A DNA stretch of 64,000 nucleotides from Candidatus Cryptobacteroides sp. (GTDB lineage: Bacteria > Bacteroidota > Bacteroidia > Bacteroidales > UBA932), in assembly GCA_045643085.1 (NCBI GenBank), contig JAZUKB010000008.1, positions 13,137 to 77,136 of the forward strand, given 5' to 3'. Positions 10,270 through 19,590 of this stretch are shown in pieces (within the stretch, counting starts at the first letter, position 1; the number at the start of each line of letters is the position of its first letter). The translations under genes and the position numbers were made by a program. The notes under the pieces are model-generated. The model ran no database searches and had not been told where the DNA came from. It saw only the letters and a program-made list of their open reading frames with translations.

Positions 10270-10719
10270 CTACTTGCGTGACAGGCTTTTGGCAATGGCG
10301 ACATAATCTTCTTTAGAAACTTTGGATCCCTCGAATTTCTCCGCAGCCCAGATTTCTATCTTGAAGTTGACGCCAAAGAAAACCACGTCTTTGGTTACAC
10401 TTATTGCGTCAAGAAGATACCGGGATATGGATATACGCCCGAGTTTGGCGTCAGGTTCAACTATATCGCAGTCACGCATATATTCTCTCCAGAACTGGAC
10501 GTGCTGCGGGTTGAAGAAATCGAGCCCCTCTCTGATTTTCTCCGTCTCGCGTTCCCATTCGTCGTAGGACCACATCTCGAGACAATCATCGTAAAGACTC
10601 TTTTTTATGACAAACCTCAGGTCACCGCCAGGGGGAACGACACCTTTGAACGGCGCAGGGAAAACAAGTCTTCCCTTGTCGTCAACCTTTGAGGTGTATT
10701 TTCCGATGAATGTGACCAT
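10270..10719 (-). CDS. mraZ: Division/cell-wall cluster transcriptional repressor
   Basis: DDKGR and DAKLGR (DxxxR) repeats; first gene of the dcw cluster. Confidence 0.92.
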   Translation of the reverse strand: MVTFIGKYTSKVDDKGRLVFPAPFKGVVPPGGDLRFVIKKSLYDDCLEMWSYDEWERETEKIREGLDFFNPQHVQFWREYMRDCDIVEPDAKLGRISISRYLLDAISVTKDVVFFGVNFKIEIWAAEKFEGSKVSKEDYVAIAKSLSRK

Positions 10720-10737
10720 TTTTCTTATACGCAGTCA

Positions 10738-10745
10738 CAAAGATA
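10738..10745 (-). promoter_or_regulatory. Bacteroidota sigma-A -7 element (TATCTTTG) for the dcw operon
   Basis: Exact TAnnTTTG match 18 nt upstream of the mraZ ATG. Confidence 0.75.
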
Positions 10746-10749
10746 GATA

Positions 10750-10810
10750 AAATTTTTCCACTTTATTACACCCGATTACAAATTTTTCCACAGTTTGTCA
10801 ACATTTTGCA
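10750..10810 (-). repeat. 10-bp-periodic direct repeats, putative MraZ operator
   Basis: Six consecutive 10-mers end TTCCA/TTACA/TTACA/TTCCA/TGTCA/TTGCA on the + strand. AAATTTTTCCAC is repeated exactly 30 bp apart. Confidence 0.65.
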
Positions 10811-10835
10811 TTTTCCAAGGAATCGTATAACTTTG
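10805..10835 (+). promoter_or_regulatory. -33/-7 promoter of the TetR-efflux operon
   Basis: TTTG (10805-10808), 19 nt spacer, TAACTTTG (10828-10835). Confidence 0.75.
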
Positions 10836-10841
10836 CGTTCA

Positions 10842-10870
10842 TTAACAACACTGTTAAACAAAACTGTTAA
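10842..10870. promoter_or_regulatory. Putative TetR operator (two overlapping TTAACA-N4-TGTTAA palindromes)
   Basis: TTAACAacacTGTTAA (10842-10857) and TAAACAaaacTGTTAA (10855-10870) just downstream of the promoter. Confidence 0.65.
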
Positions 10871-10878
10871 TATTGTTT

Positions 10879-11502
10879 ATGAACAGAAAAGACAACAAGG
10901 AAGCAGACATCCTCAAAGCTGCGGAAAAACTTTTTGCCCAGAAGGGATATAAAGAGTCTACGACCACACTGATCGCTTCCGAAGCCGGAGTCACACACGC
11001 GATGCTCCACTATTATTTCAGGACAAAGGAGCAGATCTTTCTCAAGGTGCTTGACCTGTACGTCAATGAGATTATCGCGGACCTGAAGGCCATTATGGTA
11101 CCTGAATCGTACGACATCGGCTTGATACGCAAGGTTACCGAGGTATGCTTCGACTTTTTCTCCCGTCATCGCGGACATCTGACGCTTCTAATGGAAATGT
11201 CCGGGGATAAGCCCCAGATACTGGAAGAGAACATTTCCAGGATCAGCCTTTTCCTCGGCAGTTCGATGAACTCTCATCGGGAAAGGATCGAAAAGGCGGT
11301 GCGTGACGGAAAAATAAAGGAAATTACCTTTCACGAACTGCTTGTGGATATCGTCAGCGTCTGTGCGACTCCGTTTGTGTTCGGCCCGATGATTTCAAAC
11401 CTTGCCGGGATGGATGAAGCCCAGCTGGAAGCCTTTATGGAAAGGCGGAAAAGGGAAGCTGTGGAGATGATTTCCGGCAGACTTCAACCGAATGAAAAAT
11501 AA
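10879..11502 (+). CDS. TetR/AcrR family transcriptional regulator
   Basis: ILKAAEKLFAQKGY...IASEAGVTHAMLHYYFRTKE helix-turn-helix. Confidence 0.93.
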   Translation: MNRKDNKEADILKAAEKLFAQKGYKESTTTLIASEAGVTHAMLHYYFRTKEQIFLKVLDLYVNEIIADLKAIMVPESYDIGLIRKVTEVCFDFFSRHRGHLTLLMEMSGDKPQILEENISRISLFLGSSMNSHRERIEKAVRDGKIKEITFHELLVDIVSVCATPFVFGPMISNLAGMDEAQLEAFMERRKREAVEMISGRLQPNEK

Positions 11503-12778
11503 AAACAATATGATAAAAAGGAGACATAAGTTCATTTTAGCTCTTTTCCTGACTGCGTCCCAGGCAGGGTTTGCCACCGATATCGATGAATGCATACGGA
11601 TGGCTTATGACAATTATCCCCAGATAAAGGAGTATGACCTGATAGAGATGTCGAGGAAATATGATCTCGGCAATGCAGCCCTGGCGTGGGTTCCTCAGCT
11701 ATCCGTATCGGGAAAGGCCAGCTGGCAGTCCACGGTGGTGGAGATGCCTTTCGATATTCCAGGGTTCAAGTTTGACATTCCTCACGATCAGTACGGGCTG
11801 ACAGCAGATGTCAGTCAGCAGATATGGGACGGTGGTGCAAGCCACGCTAAACGCAATCTTACAGATGCCGGAGCCGAGGTCAAGAACAGGCAGCTTGAGG
11901 TGAATATGTATTCTATCCGCTCGCGTGTCCAGAATATCTATTTGAGCATAATGCTGATCGACAGGCAGCTCGGTTTGAATGACGTGCTCTGCGAAAATTT
12001 GAGAAGAAACCTCCGTGAGCTTGATGCAATGGTGGAGGGAGGTGTAGCGTATGAGTCGGACCGAGACCAGATAAAAGTGAGCATACTTTCGTGCGAGCAG
12101 CAGAAAGTGGGGCTGGAGACAGACCGCAGGGCCTATGTCCGAATGCTTAGCCTGCTGACTGGAAAGGACCTGGAAGGGGAGGCCCTGGCCGAGCCGTCGG
12201 TTGACGTGAGACCGGATGCAAACTCAGAGATATTGCGTCCTGAAATAGCTTTGTACGATGCTCAGGCTCTTCAGATCCAAAGGCAGAAAGAACAGCTTTC
12301 GACGGCCATTTCTCCGCGTCTGAACCTGAACCTTCAGGCTGGTTACGGACGTCCGGGACTGAATATGCTGTCAAAGGAGTTTGATCCATATTTCATGGCC
12401 GCCCTCAAGTTGCAGTGGAATTTCGGCTCGTTGTACACTCTCGGAAACGACCGCAGGAAAGCGGATGCCGATGCCATGAAGGTTGAACTCAGCAGAAAGA
12501 CCTTCCTGCTGAACACTTCAATAGAAGCACTGCAGAAGCAGAGTGAGGTGGAAAAGGCTGCGGACGTGCTTGAACGCGATGATGACATAATCAGTCTCAG
12601 AAGAAAAATCACGGAAACCGCCGAGCAGCAGTACAAGGAAGGGATAATCAAGATGAACGATTATCTGAGTTTGCTGGATGAAGAGTACAAGGCTCGCCTG
12701 AACTACAATATCCACGGTGTGCAGTACACAATGGCGGTTCTGGACCTTCAGAATACACTTGGAATTGAAAACGAATAA
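11492..12778 (+). CDS. TolC-family outer membrane efflux protein
   Basis: Signal peptide, helical OEP repeats (QQIWDGG, QWNFGSLY); operon context. Confidence 0.88.
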   Translation: MKNKNNMIKRRHKFILALFLTASQAGFATDIDECIRMAYDNYPQIKEYDLIEMSRKYDLGNAALAWVPQLSVSGKASWQSTVVEMPFDIPGFKFDIPHDQYGLTADVSQQIWDGGASHAKRNLTDAGAEVKNRQLEVNMYSIRSRVQNIYLSIMLIDRQLGLNDVLCENLRRNLRELDAMVEGGVAYESDRDQIKVSILSCEQQKVGLETDRRAYVRMLSLLTGKDLEGEALAEPSVDVRPDANSEILRPEIALYDAQALQIQRQKEQLSTAISPRLNLNLQAGYGRPGLNMLSKEFDPYFMAALKLQWNFGSLYTLGNDRRKADADAMKVELSRKTFLLNTSIEALQKQSEVEKAADVLERDDDIISLRRKITETAEQQYKEGIIKMNDYLSLLDEEYKARLNYNIHGVQYTMAVLDLQNTLGIENE

Positions 12779-12791
12779 AAAGTAAACCGAT

Positions 12792-13691
12792 ATGAAAAGA
12801 AAAATACTATTCTTTGTGTCAGCCGCTGCTGCATTCATGGCTGTCCAGTCCTGCAGCGGGGAGATTGATTTTGACGCCTGTGGCCAGATTGACGCCACTC
12901 AGGTGACTGTATCTGCGGAGAGCAACGGGAAGATTCTCGAGCTTGATATCGAGGAGGGTGACAGGCTGAGTGAAGGCCAGATGGTCGGCTGTATCGACAC
13001 TGTCCAGATATCCCTTCAGATTCAAGAGTTGAAACAGCGTATCGAAGGATCCGAATCACGGCTTGTCGACATCAGGACACAGAAGGAACCTGACGTAAAC
13101 CAGCTGGAAAGTCTGGAAAACGATTTGGCCCGTTATTCCAAACTGCTGCAGAGCAATGCGGCTACGCAGAAACAGGTGGATGATATCAAGGATAAGATCG
13201 CTGTCCTCAAGGCACAGATTGCCGCCAAGGATCAGAGCTGGTCAAGAGGCAACTCCACGGTGCAGTCCGACATAAGGATGTATGAGATTCAGCTTGCCCA
13301 GAAAGAGGATCAGCTTTCAAAGTGCCATATCTCCGCCCCAGTGTCGGGTACGGTGCTGGCGAAATATGCGGAGACCGGCGAGAATGTGACCTCGGGGAAA
13401 CCTCTTTTCAAGATAGCGGATATGGAGAACACATACGTGCGTGCCTATTTCACTACTGTCCAGCTCTCGGGACTCAGGCTCGGAGATACTGTAACCGTGA
13501 TTCCGGATGACGGCAGTCAGTCTCCTAAGAAATACGAAGGACGCATCAGCTGGATATCGGATCAGGCTGAGTTTACTCCGAAAAACATCCAGACGCGCGA
13601 CGAACGTGCCGATATGGTATATGCCGTCAAGGTTATGGTCCCCAATGACGGAAACCTCCGCCTGGGAATGTACGCCTACATCAAAAGGTAG
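12792..13691 (+). CDS. HlyD/YbhG-type efflux periplasmic adaptor lipoprotein
   Basis: Lipobox VQSC, ISAPVSGTV, AEFTPKNIQT motifs. Confidence 0.92.
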   Translation: MKRKILFFVSAAAAFMAVQSCSGEIDFDACGQIDATQVTVSAESNGKILELDIEEGDRLSEGQMVGCIDTVQISLQIQELKQRIEGSESRLVDIRTQKEPDVNQLESLENDLARYSKLLQSNAATQKQVDDIKDKIAVLKAQIAAKDQSWSRGNSTVQSDIRMYEIQLAQKEDQLSKCHISAPVSGTVLAKYAETGENVTSGKPLFKIADMENTYVRAYFTTVQLSGLRLGDTVTVIPDDGSQSPKKYEGRISWISDQAEFTPKNIQTRDERADMVYAVKVMVPNDGNLRLGMYAYIKR

Positions 13692-13694
13692 AAT

Positions 13695-14606
13695 ATGCAG
13701 GAGAGGTCGGCAATCAGGGTCGAAGGTATCTGCAAATCATATAAGGATACCAAGGCGCTTCAGGACGTCAGTCTGGATATCCGCCGGGGCGAGATTTTCG
13801 GACTGATAGGCCCGGACGGCGCCGGGAAAACCACCCTCTTCAGGATATTGACTACGTTGACACTCCCGGATGAGGGACACGCGGAAGTCAACGGAAACGA
13901 TGTGGTCAGCGGCTATGAGGCAATACGCAGGACTATCGGCTATATGCCGGGACATTTCGCCCTGTATCAGGACCTCAGTGTAGCAGAGAATCTGGATTTC
14001 TACGCAACGGTGTTCGGCACCACGGTGGAAGCCAACTACGATACCATCAAGGAGATATATTCGCAGATAGAGATGTTCAGGGACAGAAAGGCGAAGAATC
14101 TGTCCGGAGGAATGAAACAGAAGTTGGCTCTCTGTTGCGCATTGGTGCACAAGCCGGACGTGCTGTTTCTGGATGAGCCTACGACCGGAGTGGATGCGGT
14201 CAGCCGGAAAGAATTCTGGGCAATGCTCGCCAGGATCAAGGCTTCCGGGGTTACTATATTCGTATCGACCCCGTATATGGACGAAGCCGGACTGTGCGAC
14301 AGGATAGCCCTGATTCACGAAGGGAGAATAATCGACCGTGGGACGCCAACAGAGATCGTATCCCGTTATCCGGACAGGCTGTATTCAGTCAGAGGTGACA
14401 ACATGTTCAGGATATTGAATGTGCTCAGGCCCATCGATGGAGTGCTTCGCTGCAGCTCTTTTGGCTGCGAGTGTCACGTTGCCGTGCCACAGGACGGTCC
14501 TGACGCAAAGCATCTGCTCGATGCGCTCGAAAATGCCGGCCTTCACGGCTGCAGCGTGGAGGAGGCGGAGCCCGGAATAGAAGACTGCTTCATCAGACTC
14601 TCATAA
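13695..14606 (+). CDS. ABC transporter ATP-binding protein (YbhF N-half-like)
   Basis: GPDGAGKT, LSGGMKQK, FLDEPTTGVD. Confidence 0.94.
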   Translation: MQERSAIRVEGICKSYKDTKALQDVSLDIRRGEIFGLIGPDGAGKTTLFRILTTLTLPDEGHAEVNGNDVVSGYEAIRRTIGYMPGHFALYQDLSVAENLDFYATVFGTTVEANYDTIKEIYSQIEMFRDRKAKNLSGGMKQKLALCCALVHKPDVLFLDEPTTGVDAVSRKEFWAMLARIKASGVTIFVSTPYMDEAGLCDRIALIHEGRIIDRGTPTEIVSRYPDRLYSVRGDNMFRILNVLRPIDGVLRCSSFGCECHVAVPQDGPDAKHLLDALENAGLHGCSVEEAEPGIEDCFIRLS

Positions 14607-14609
14607 TTT

Positions 14610-15353
14610 ATGGACAGCGACAGCAAATCAGTAGTAATCAGGAACCTGGTCAAAAAATTCGGTGACTTCACGGCCGTCGACAATATTTCCTTCGAGGTGG
14701 CGAAAGGGGAGATTTTCGGCTTCCTCGGGGCTAACGGTGCCGGAAAGACGACAGCTATGCGTATCCTCTGCGGCCTCAGTCGGCCTACCTCAGGGGAGGG
14801 GACTGTGGCGGGATACAGCATAAACGGAGAGCAGGAAAAGATAAAGAGACACATAGGCTATATGAGCCAGAAATTCTCCCTTTATCCTGATTTGAAAGTA
14901 TTTGAAAACATTGAACTTTTCGGTGGAATCTATGGCCTGACAGACAAGCAGATAGCTACAAAGACAGATGATATGCTCAAGGCCCTTTCAATGGAAAACG
15001 CCCGCAATATGTTCGTCCGTGACATGCCGCTCGGCTGGAAGCAGAAGTTGGCGTTCAGCATCGCTATGGTGCACGACCCGCAGATAGTGTTTCTGGACGA
15101 GCCGACCGGAGGCGTGGATCCCGTGACCCGCAGGAACTTCTGGGAGATGATATACAAGGCGGCTTCGGAAGGCATTACAGTGTTTGTGACCACACATTAT
15201 ATGGATGAAGCCGAATACTGTGACCGCGTGTCCGTGATGGTTGACGGAAGGATAGAGGCCATAGGATCGCCTGCTAGCCTTAAAGAAAGGTACGGAGCCT
15301 CGGATATGGACGGAGTCTTCACAAAAATAGCCGGAAGGGCTGAAAGAGAATAA
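14610..15353 (+). CDS. ABC transporter ATP-binding protein (YbhF C-half-like)
   Basis: GANGAGKT, degenerate signature MPLGWKQK, FLDEPTGGVD, THYMDEAE. Confidence 0.94.
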   Translation: MDSDSKSVVIRNLVKKFGDFTAVDNISFEVAKGEIFGFLGANGAGKTTAMRILCGLSRPTSGEGTVAGYSINGEQEKIKRHIGYMSQKFSLYPDLKVFENIELFGGIYGLTDKQIATKTDDMLKALSMENARNMFVRDMPLGWKQKLAFSIAMVHDPQIVFLDEPTGGVDPVTRRNFWEMIYKAASEGITVFVTTHYMDEAEYCDRVSVMVDGRIEAIGSPASLKERYGASDMDGVFTKIAGRAERE

Positions 15354-16465
15354 TGAAAGAGATATCAGCATTCATACTCAAGGAGTTCAGGCATATCTTC
15401 CGCGACCGGAGGACGACACTTATCGTGCTTGTGATGCCGGTCGTCCAGATTGTGCTGTTCGGCTTCGCCATAAGTACCGAGGTCCACAACGCCGTGATAG
15501 ATGTGGTGGGCGATATGTCGGATCAGGAGGTCAGAAAGATAGTGGAGCGCATCGATAACAACGAGTACCTCGAGACAGGAGAATTCCTTCATTCGATATC
15601 CGAGGTGGAGACGAGACTTCGTAAGGGCAAGGCGAAGGCGGCGGTATGCTTCGAGAACAACTTCGAGGACAGACTTCTCTCAGACGGCAGGGGAGTCGTG
15701 TCCATAATAAGCGACGGTGCCGACCCGAACACGGCCCAGATAGTGACCAATTACGTGAAGGGCGTCATTCAGTCGGAGCAGACGGAAATCAACGCCTCCA
15801 TGACAGCGGCCACGGGAAGCGTATCGATGCGCCCCAACGTGCAGCTGATGTACAACCCTGCGATGAATTCATCGTACAATTTCGTGCCCGGGGTCATGGG
15901 ACTCGTCTTGATGCTCATTTGCACTATGATGACTTCCGTATCGATAGTCAAGGAAAAGGAACTCGGCACTATGGAACTTGTGCTGGTCTCTCCGGTAAAG
16001 CCTTTCTGGATAATCCTCAGCAAACTGATACCGTACCTGGTGCTGTCCATCGTCAACTTCGTCAGCGTCCTTCTGCTGGCCGTGTATGTGATGGGCGTGC
16101 CGATAAACGGAAGCATTGCCCTGCTCTCCCTCGTGTCCGTAGTGTTCGTAGGTTCGTCGCTCGGACTCGGCCTGCTGGTATCCGTCATATCTTCGACCCA
16201 GCAGACTGCGATGCTGCTCTGCGGGATGGGTCTTACGATGCCTACGATGATGCTCTCCGGCATCATATTCCCTTGTGAAAGTATGCCGGTGGCCCTTCAG
16301 ATATTCTCGGACATCATCCCGGCCAAATGGTTCATCATTATGGTCAAGAAGATAATGATCCAGGGTGCGGGCTTTCAGGCAATTATCAAGGAATTCTGTG
16401 TGCTCGGCGGTATGATGGTACTGCTCCTCTGGGTTAGTATAAGAAAATTCAAGACAAGACTCTGA
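15353..16465 (+). CDS. ABC-2 type permease (YbhS-like)
   Basis: KEFRHIFRDRR, KEKELGTME, LSGIIFP; multi-TM. Confidence 0.92.
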   Translation: MKEISAFILKEFRHIFRDRRTTLIVLVMPVVQIVLFGFAISTEVHNAVIDVVGDMSDQEVRKIVERIDNNEYLETGEFLHSISEVETRLRKGKAKAAVCFENNFEDRLLSDGRGVVSIISDGADPNTAQIVTNYVKGVIQSEQTEINASMTAATGSVSMRPNVQLMYNPAMNSSYNFVPGVMGLVLMLICTMMTSVSIVKEKELGTMELVLVSPVKPFWIILSKLIPYLVLSIVNFVSVLLLAVYVMGVPINGSIALLSLVSVVFVGSSLGLGLLVSVISSTQQTAMLLCGMGLTMPTMMLSGIIFPCESMPVALQIFSDIIPAKWFIIMVKKIMIQGAGFQAIIKEFCVLGGMMVLLLWVSIRKFKTRL

Positions 16466-16470
16466 CGGCT

Positions 16471-17580
16471 ATGTGGAAGTATCTTTTGAAAAAGGAATTC
16501 AGACAATTCCTCAGGGATCCGGGAATGCCGCGGATGGTGATGATGTTCCCGTTTCTCATCATTCTTGTTTTCCCGTACGCGGCCAATATGGAGGTGCGGA
16601 ACATAAAGCTTGCGATGGTCGACAATGATTGTTCCGACCAGTCCCGACTTCTTATGGAGAAGTGCGCGTCATCCGGATATTTCGAGCTGGAGTCCGTCTC
16701 GGCTTCGCCCGAAGAGGCTCGTAGAATGATGGACGACGGGAGGATAGACGCCATACTGACCATAGACACCGGTTTCGAAAAGTACCTGGAGGGTTCCGGA
16801 CCGATGCAGGATGCGATGCCTGTCGGAATCAAGGTCAACACTGTCAACGGTACCCGTGGCAATATCGGTTCCCAGTATCTCAATGCCTGTATCACCGGTT
16901 TCGTTATGTCGGCGAAGGGGATGGATTCTGTACCGTCTTCCCAGGTGGAGATAAGGGAGAGCTACTTGTACAATCAGTTCATGGACTACAAACTGTTCAT
17001 GATACCGGCTCTGATAGTGATTGCCATCACAATGATGTGCGGCTTCCTGCCGGCACTCAACATCGTATCCGAAAAGGAGAAGGGAACCATCGAACAGATC
17101 AATGTAACGCCGGTCAGCAAGACGGCCTTCATAGTGTGCAAGATGGTGCCATACATAGCCGTGGCCTATTTTATGGTCTTCTCCTGCCTGCTTCTCGCCA
17201 AGATTGTCTTCGGCTACGGATGTGCGGGCAGCATATTCAGCATAACAGTCTTCACCTTTGCCCATATATTGGTAATGTCCTCTTTCGGGCTCCTGGTATC
17301 CAATTATAGCGAGAACGCGCAGCAGGCCATGTTCATAATCTGGTTTTTCAGTATGGTGTTCATGCTTATGAGCGGAATATTCACTCCGATAGAATCGATG
17401 CCTGCGTGGGCGAAGGCGGTAACCTATGCCAATCCGCTTACTTATTATGCCGATGCCATGCGTGGCATCTGTCTCAAGGGAAGTACGCTGGCCGATACCT
17501 GGTTCGATCTGGTATGTCTGCTGGGAATAGGAGGCTTGACAACCACCTGGGCCGTGCTCAGTTACCATAAGACCAACTGA
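16471..17580 (+). CDS. ABC-2 type permease (YbhR-like)
   Basis: KEFRQFLRD, SEKEKGTIEQ, SGIFTPIESMP. Confidence 0.92.
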   Translation: MWKYLLKKEFRQFLRDPGMPRMVMMFPFLIILVFPYAANMEVRNIKLAMVDNDCSDQSRLLMEKCASSGYFELESVSASPEEARRMMDDGRIDAILTIDTGFEKYLEGSGPMQDAMPVGIKVNTVNGTRGNIGSQYLNACITGFVMSAKGMDSVPSSQVEIRESYLYNQFMDYKLFMIPALIVIAITMMCGFLPALNIVSEKEKGTIEQINVTPVSKTAFIVCKMVPYIAVAYFMVFSCLLLAKIVFGYGCAGSIFSITVFTFAHILVMSSFGLLVSNYSENAQQAMFIIWFFSMVFMLMSGIFTPIESMPAWAKAVTYANPLTYYADAMRGICLKGSTLADTWFDLVCLLGIGGLTTTWAVLSYHKTN

Positions 17581-17596
17581 TCTATCGGGCTTTCTG

Positions 17597-17633
17597 AAAA
17601 AAATAAGAGGATGACTTATCGGCCATCCTCTTT
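17597..17633 (-). terminator. Intrinsic terminator after tRNA-His (possibly bidirectional)
   Basis: AAGAGGATG / CATCCTCTT stem with a T-tract on the minus strand. Confidence 0.65.
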
Positions 17634-17710
17634 GGGGGTGAGATGTGGGGCTCGAACCCACGACACCCAGAACCACAATCTGGTGCTCTACCAACTGAAC
17701 TAATCTCACC
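17634..17710 (-). tRNA. tRNA-His (GTG)
   Basis: Reverse complement GGTGAGATTAGTTCAGTTGGTAGAGCACCAGATTGTGGTTCTGGGTGTCGTGGGTTCGAGCCCCACATCTCACC folds as a cloverleaf with anticodon GTG. Promoter TACATTTG at 17723-17730. Confidence 0.96.
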
Positions 17711-17802
17711 GTGTTGGGAGTGCAAATGTACAAATAATTTTAGAGCTTGCAAGCCGCGGGCTGAAAAATTATGTTATCTTTGTTTCACTACAATCGTAAG
17801 TT

Positions 17803-19587
17803 ATGGCAAAAGAAATCAAGTTCTCTCTGGTTTACAGGGATATGTGGCAGTCTTCCGGCAAGTACGTTCCGAGAGTGGACCAGCTTGTAAGAGTGGCTCC
17901 GGCAATAATCGATATGGGATGTTTCGACAGGGTTGAGACCAACGGAGGCGCGTTCGAGCAGGTCAACCTGCTGTTCGGAGAGAACCCGAACCGTGCAGTC
18001 CGGGAGTGGACGGCGCCTTTCCATAAGGCCGGTATCCAGACACATATGCTTGAGAGAGGATTGAACGCCCTGCGTATGAACCCTGTACCTGCGGATGTCA
18101 GGGAGCTTATGTTCAAGGTCAAGAAGGCCCAGGGGACGGACATCGCAAGAAGTTTCTGCGGACTCAATGACCATCGCAACCTTCGCCTGAGCGTGGAGTA
18201 TGCCAAGAAGGCCGGGATGATTTCGCAGGCTTCGCTCTCCATTACCAATTCTCCTGTCCACACTGTGGAATATTATATGGGAGTTGTTGCCAAGTTGGCG
18301 GAATATGGCGCGGATGAGATATGCCTGAAGGATATGGCAGGAGTGGGACGACCTACCTTCCTTGCGAAACTGGTTTCGGAGATCAAGAAGAAATATCCTG
18401 AGCTGAAGGTGCAGTATCACGGTCACAGCGGTCCTGGTTTTGCTCCGGCTTCGATGCTGGAAGTGGCCCGTGCCGGTGCTGATTACATCGACGTTGCCGT
18501 GGAGCCTCTGAGTTGGGGTAAGGTGCATCCCGATGTCATCACCATACAGCAGATGCTGAAAGCCGACGGATTCCTCGTGAAAGATATCAATATGGATGCT
18601 TATATGCAGGTGCGTGCGCTTACGCAGGAGTTCATTGACGATTTCCTCGGGTATTGGATCAATCCTTCCAATTCAAAGATGACATCCCTTCTGGTGGGTT
18701 GCGGCCTTCCTGGAGGAATGATGGGTTCGATGATGGCGGACCTCAAGGGCTTCCAGGCAGCCATCAATGCGTCCGAAAGGGCAAACGGCAAGCCGGTCAG
18801 CAGCCTTGACAGCCTTATGGTGCAGCTTTTCAACGAGGTTGAATATGTCTGGCCACCTTTGGGATATCCTCCTCTTGTCACGCCGTTCAGCCAGTATGTC
18901 AAGAATACGGCACTTATGAACCTGCTTGCTCTCAGTCAGGGCAAGCCTCGTTTCTCAACGATAGACAAGGACACCTGGGGAATGATTCTGGGCAGGATGG
19001 GAACACTTCCCGGAAAGCTTGCCCCTGAGATTGTCGACCTTGCCAGGGAGAAAGGATTCGAGTTCTACACAGGAAACCCGCAGGATGAGTATCCGAACGA
19101 GTTGCCTAAGTTCCGCCAGATGATGAAGGACGAGGGCTGGGATTGCGGACAGGATGATGAGGAACTCTTCGAACTGGCTATGCACGAACGCCAGTACCGT
19201 GATTATCGCAGCGGTATTGCTAAGGAGCGCTTCAATGCCGAGCTTGAAGACTTCAGACAGAAGGCCGGAGCTCCGGTTGTCATAAAGCGCCCTGTCGTGG
19301 AGATGCCTGAGTTCGATATCGCATCCCTGACTTCAAATCATCCTGATGCTCTGCCGCTGCAGGCCCCTGCCAAGGGCAAAATGCTGTGGCAGGTCGATGT
19401 AATCGATGATTCCAAGGCTCCGGCTGCCGGTACTGCGGTCAAAGCCGGAGAGGCGGTGGGGTATGTTCAGACATCCTATGGGATGGTGGAGATCATCCCT
19501 GCCGTTGACGGAAGGATAATCGCTGCTACGGCGGCACAGGGCAAGGACGTGGCAAAGAACGAAATAGTCGCTCTCATAGGCAGATAG
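17803..19587 (+). CDS. Oxaloacetate decarboxylase alpha / pyruvate carboxylase subunit B-like carboxyltransferase
   Basis: RDMWQS, CLKDMAG, HGH, GYPPLVTPFSQ (HMGL-like plus PYC_OADA), C-terminal biotinyl-like domain. Promoter TATCTTTG at 17775-17782. Confidence 0.9.
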   Translation: MAKEIKFSLVYRDMWQSSGKYVPRVDQLVRVAPAIIDMGCFDRVETNGGAFEQVNLLFGENPNRAVREWTAPFHKAGIQTHMLERGLNALRMNPVPADVRELMFKVKKAQGTDIARSFCGLNDHRNLRLSVEYAKKAGMISQASLSITNSPVHTVEYYMGVVAKLAEYGADEICLKDMAGVGRPTFLAKLVSEIKKKYPELKVQYHGHSGPGFAPASMLEVARAGADYIDVAVEPLSWGKVHPDVITIQQMLKADGFLVKDINMDAYMQVRALTQEFIDDFLGYWINPSNSKMTSLLVGCGLPGGMMGSMMADLKGFQAAINASERANGKPVSSLDSLMVQLFNEVEYVWPPLGYPPLVTPFSQYVKNTALMNLLALSQGKPRFSTIDKDTWGMILGRMGTLPGKLAPEIVDLAREKGFEFYTGNPQDEYPNELPKFRQMMKDEGWDCGQDDEELFELAMHERQYRDYRSGIAKERFNAELEDFRQKAGAPVVIKRPVVEMPEFDIASLTSNHPDALPLQAPAKGKMLWQVDVIDDSKAPAAGTAVKAGEAVGYVQTSYGMVEIIPAVDGRIIAATAAQGKDVAKNEIVALIGR

Positions 19588-19590
19588 TCC

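Noticed and set aside
10879-17634. Efflux operon next to the tRNA-His 3' end as a mobile island
   Set aside because: No att repeat or mobility genes; this operon type is common in Bacteroidota chromosomes.
16669-17733. 354-aa minus-strand ORF spanning tRNA-His
   Set aside because: Reads through the tRNA and a terminator and is antisense to the ABC permease.
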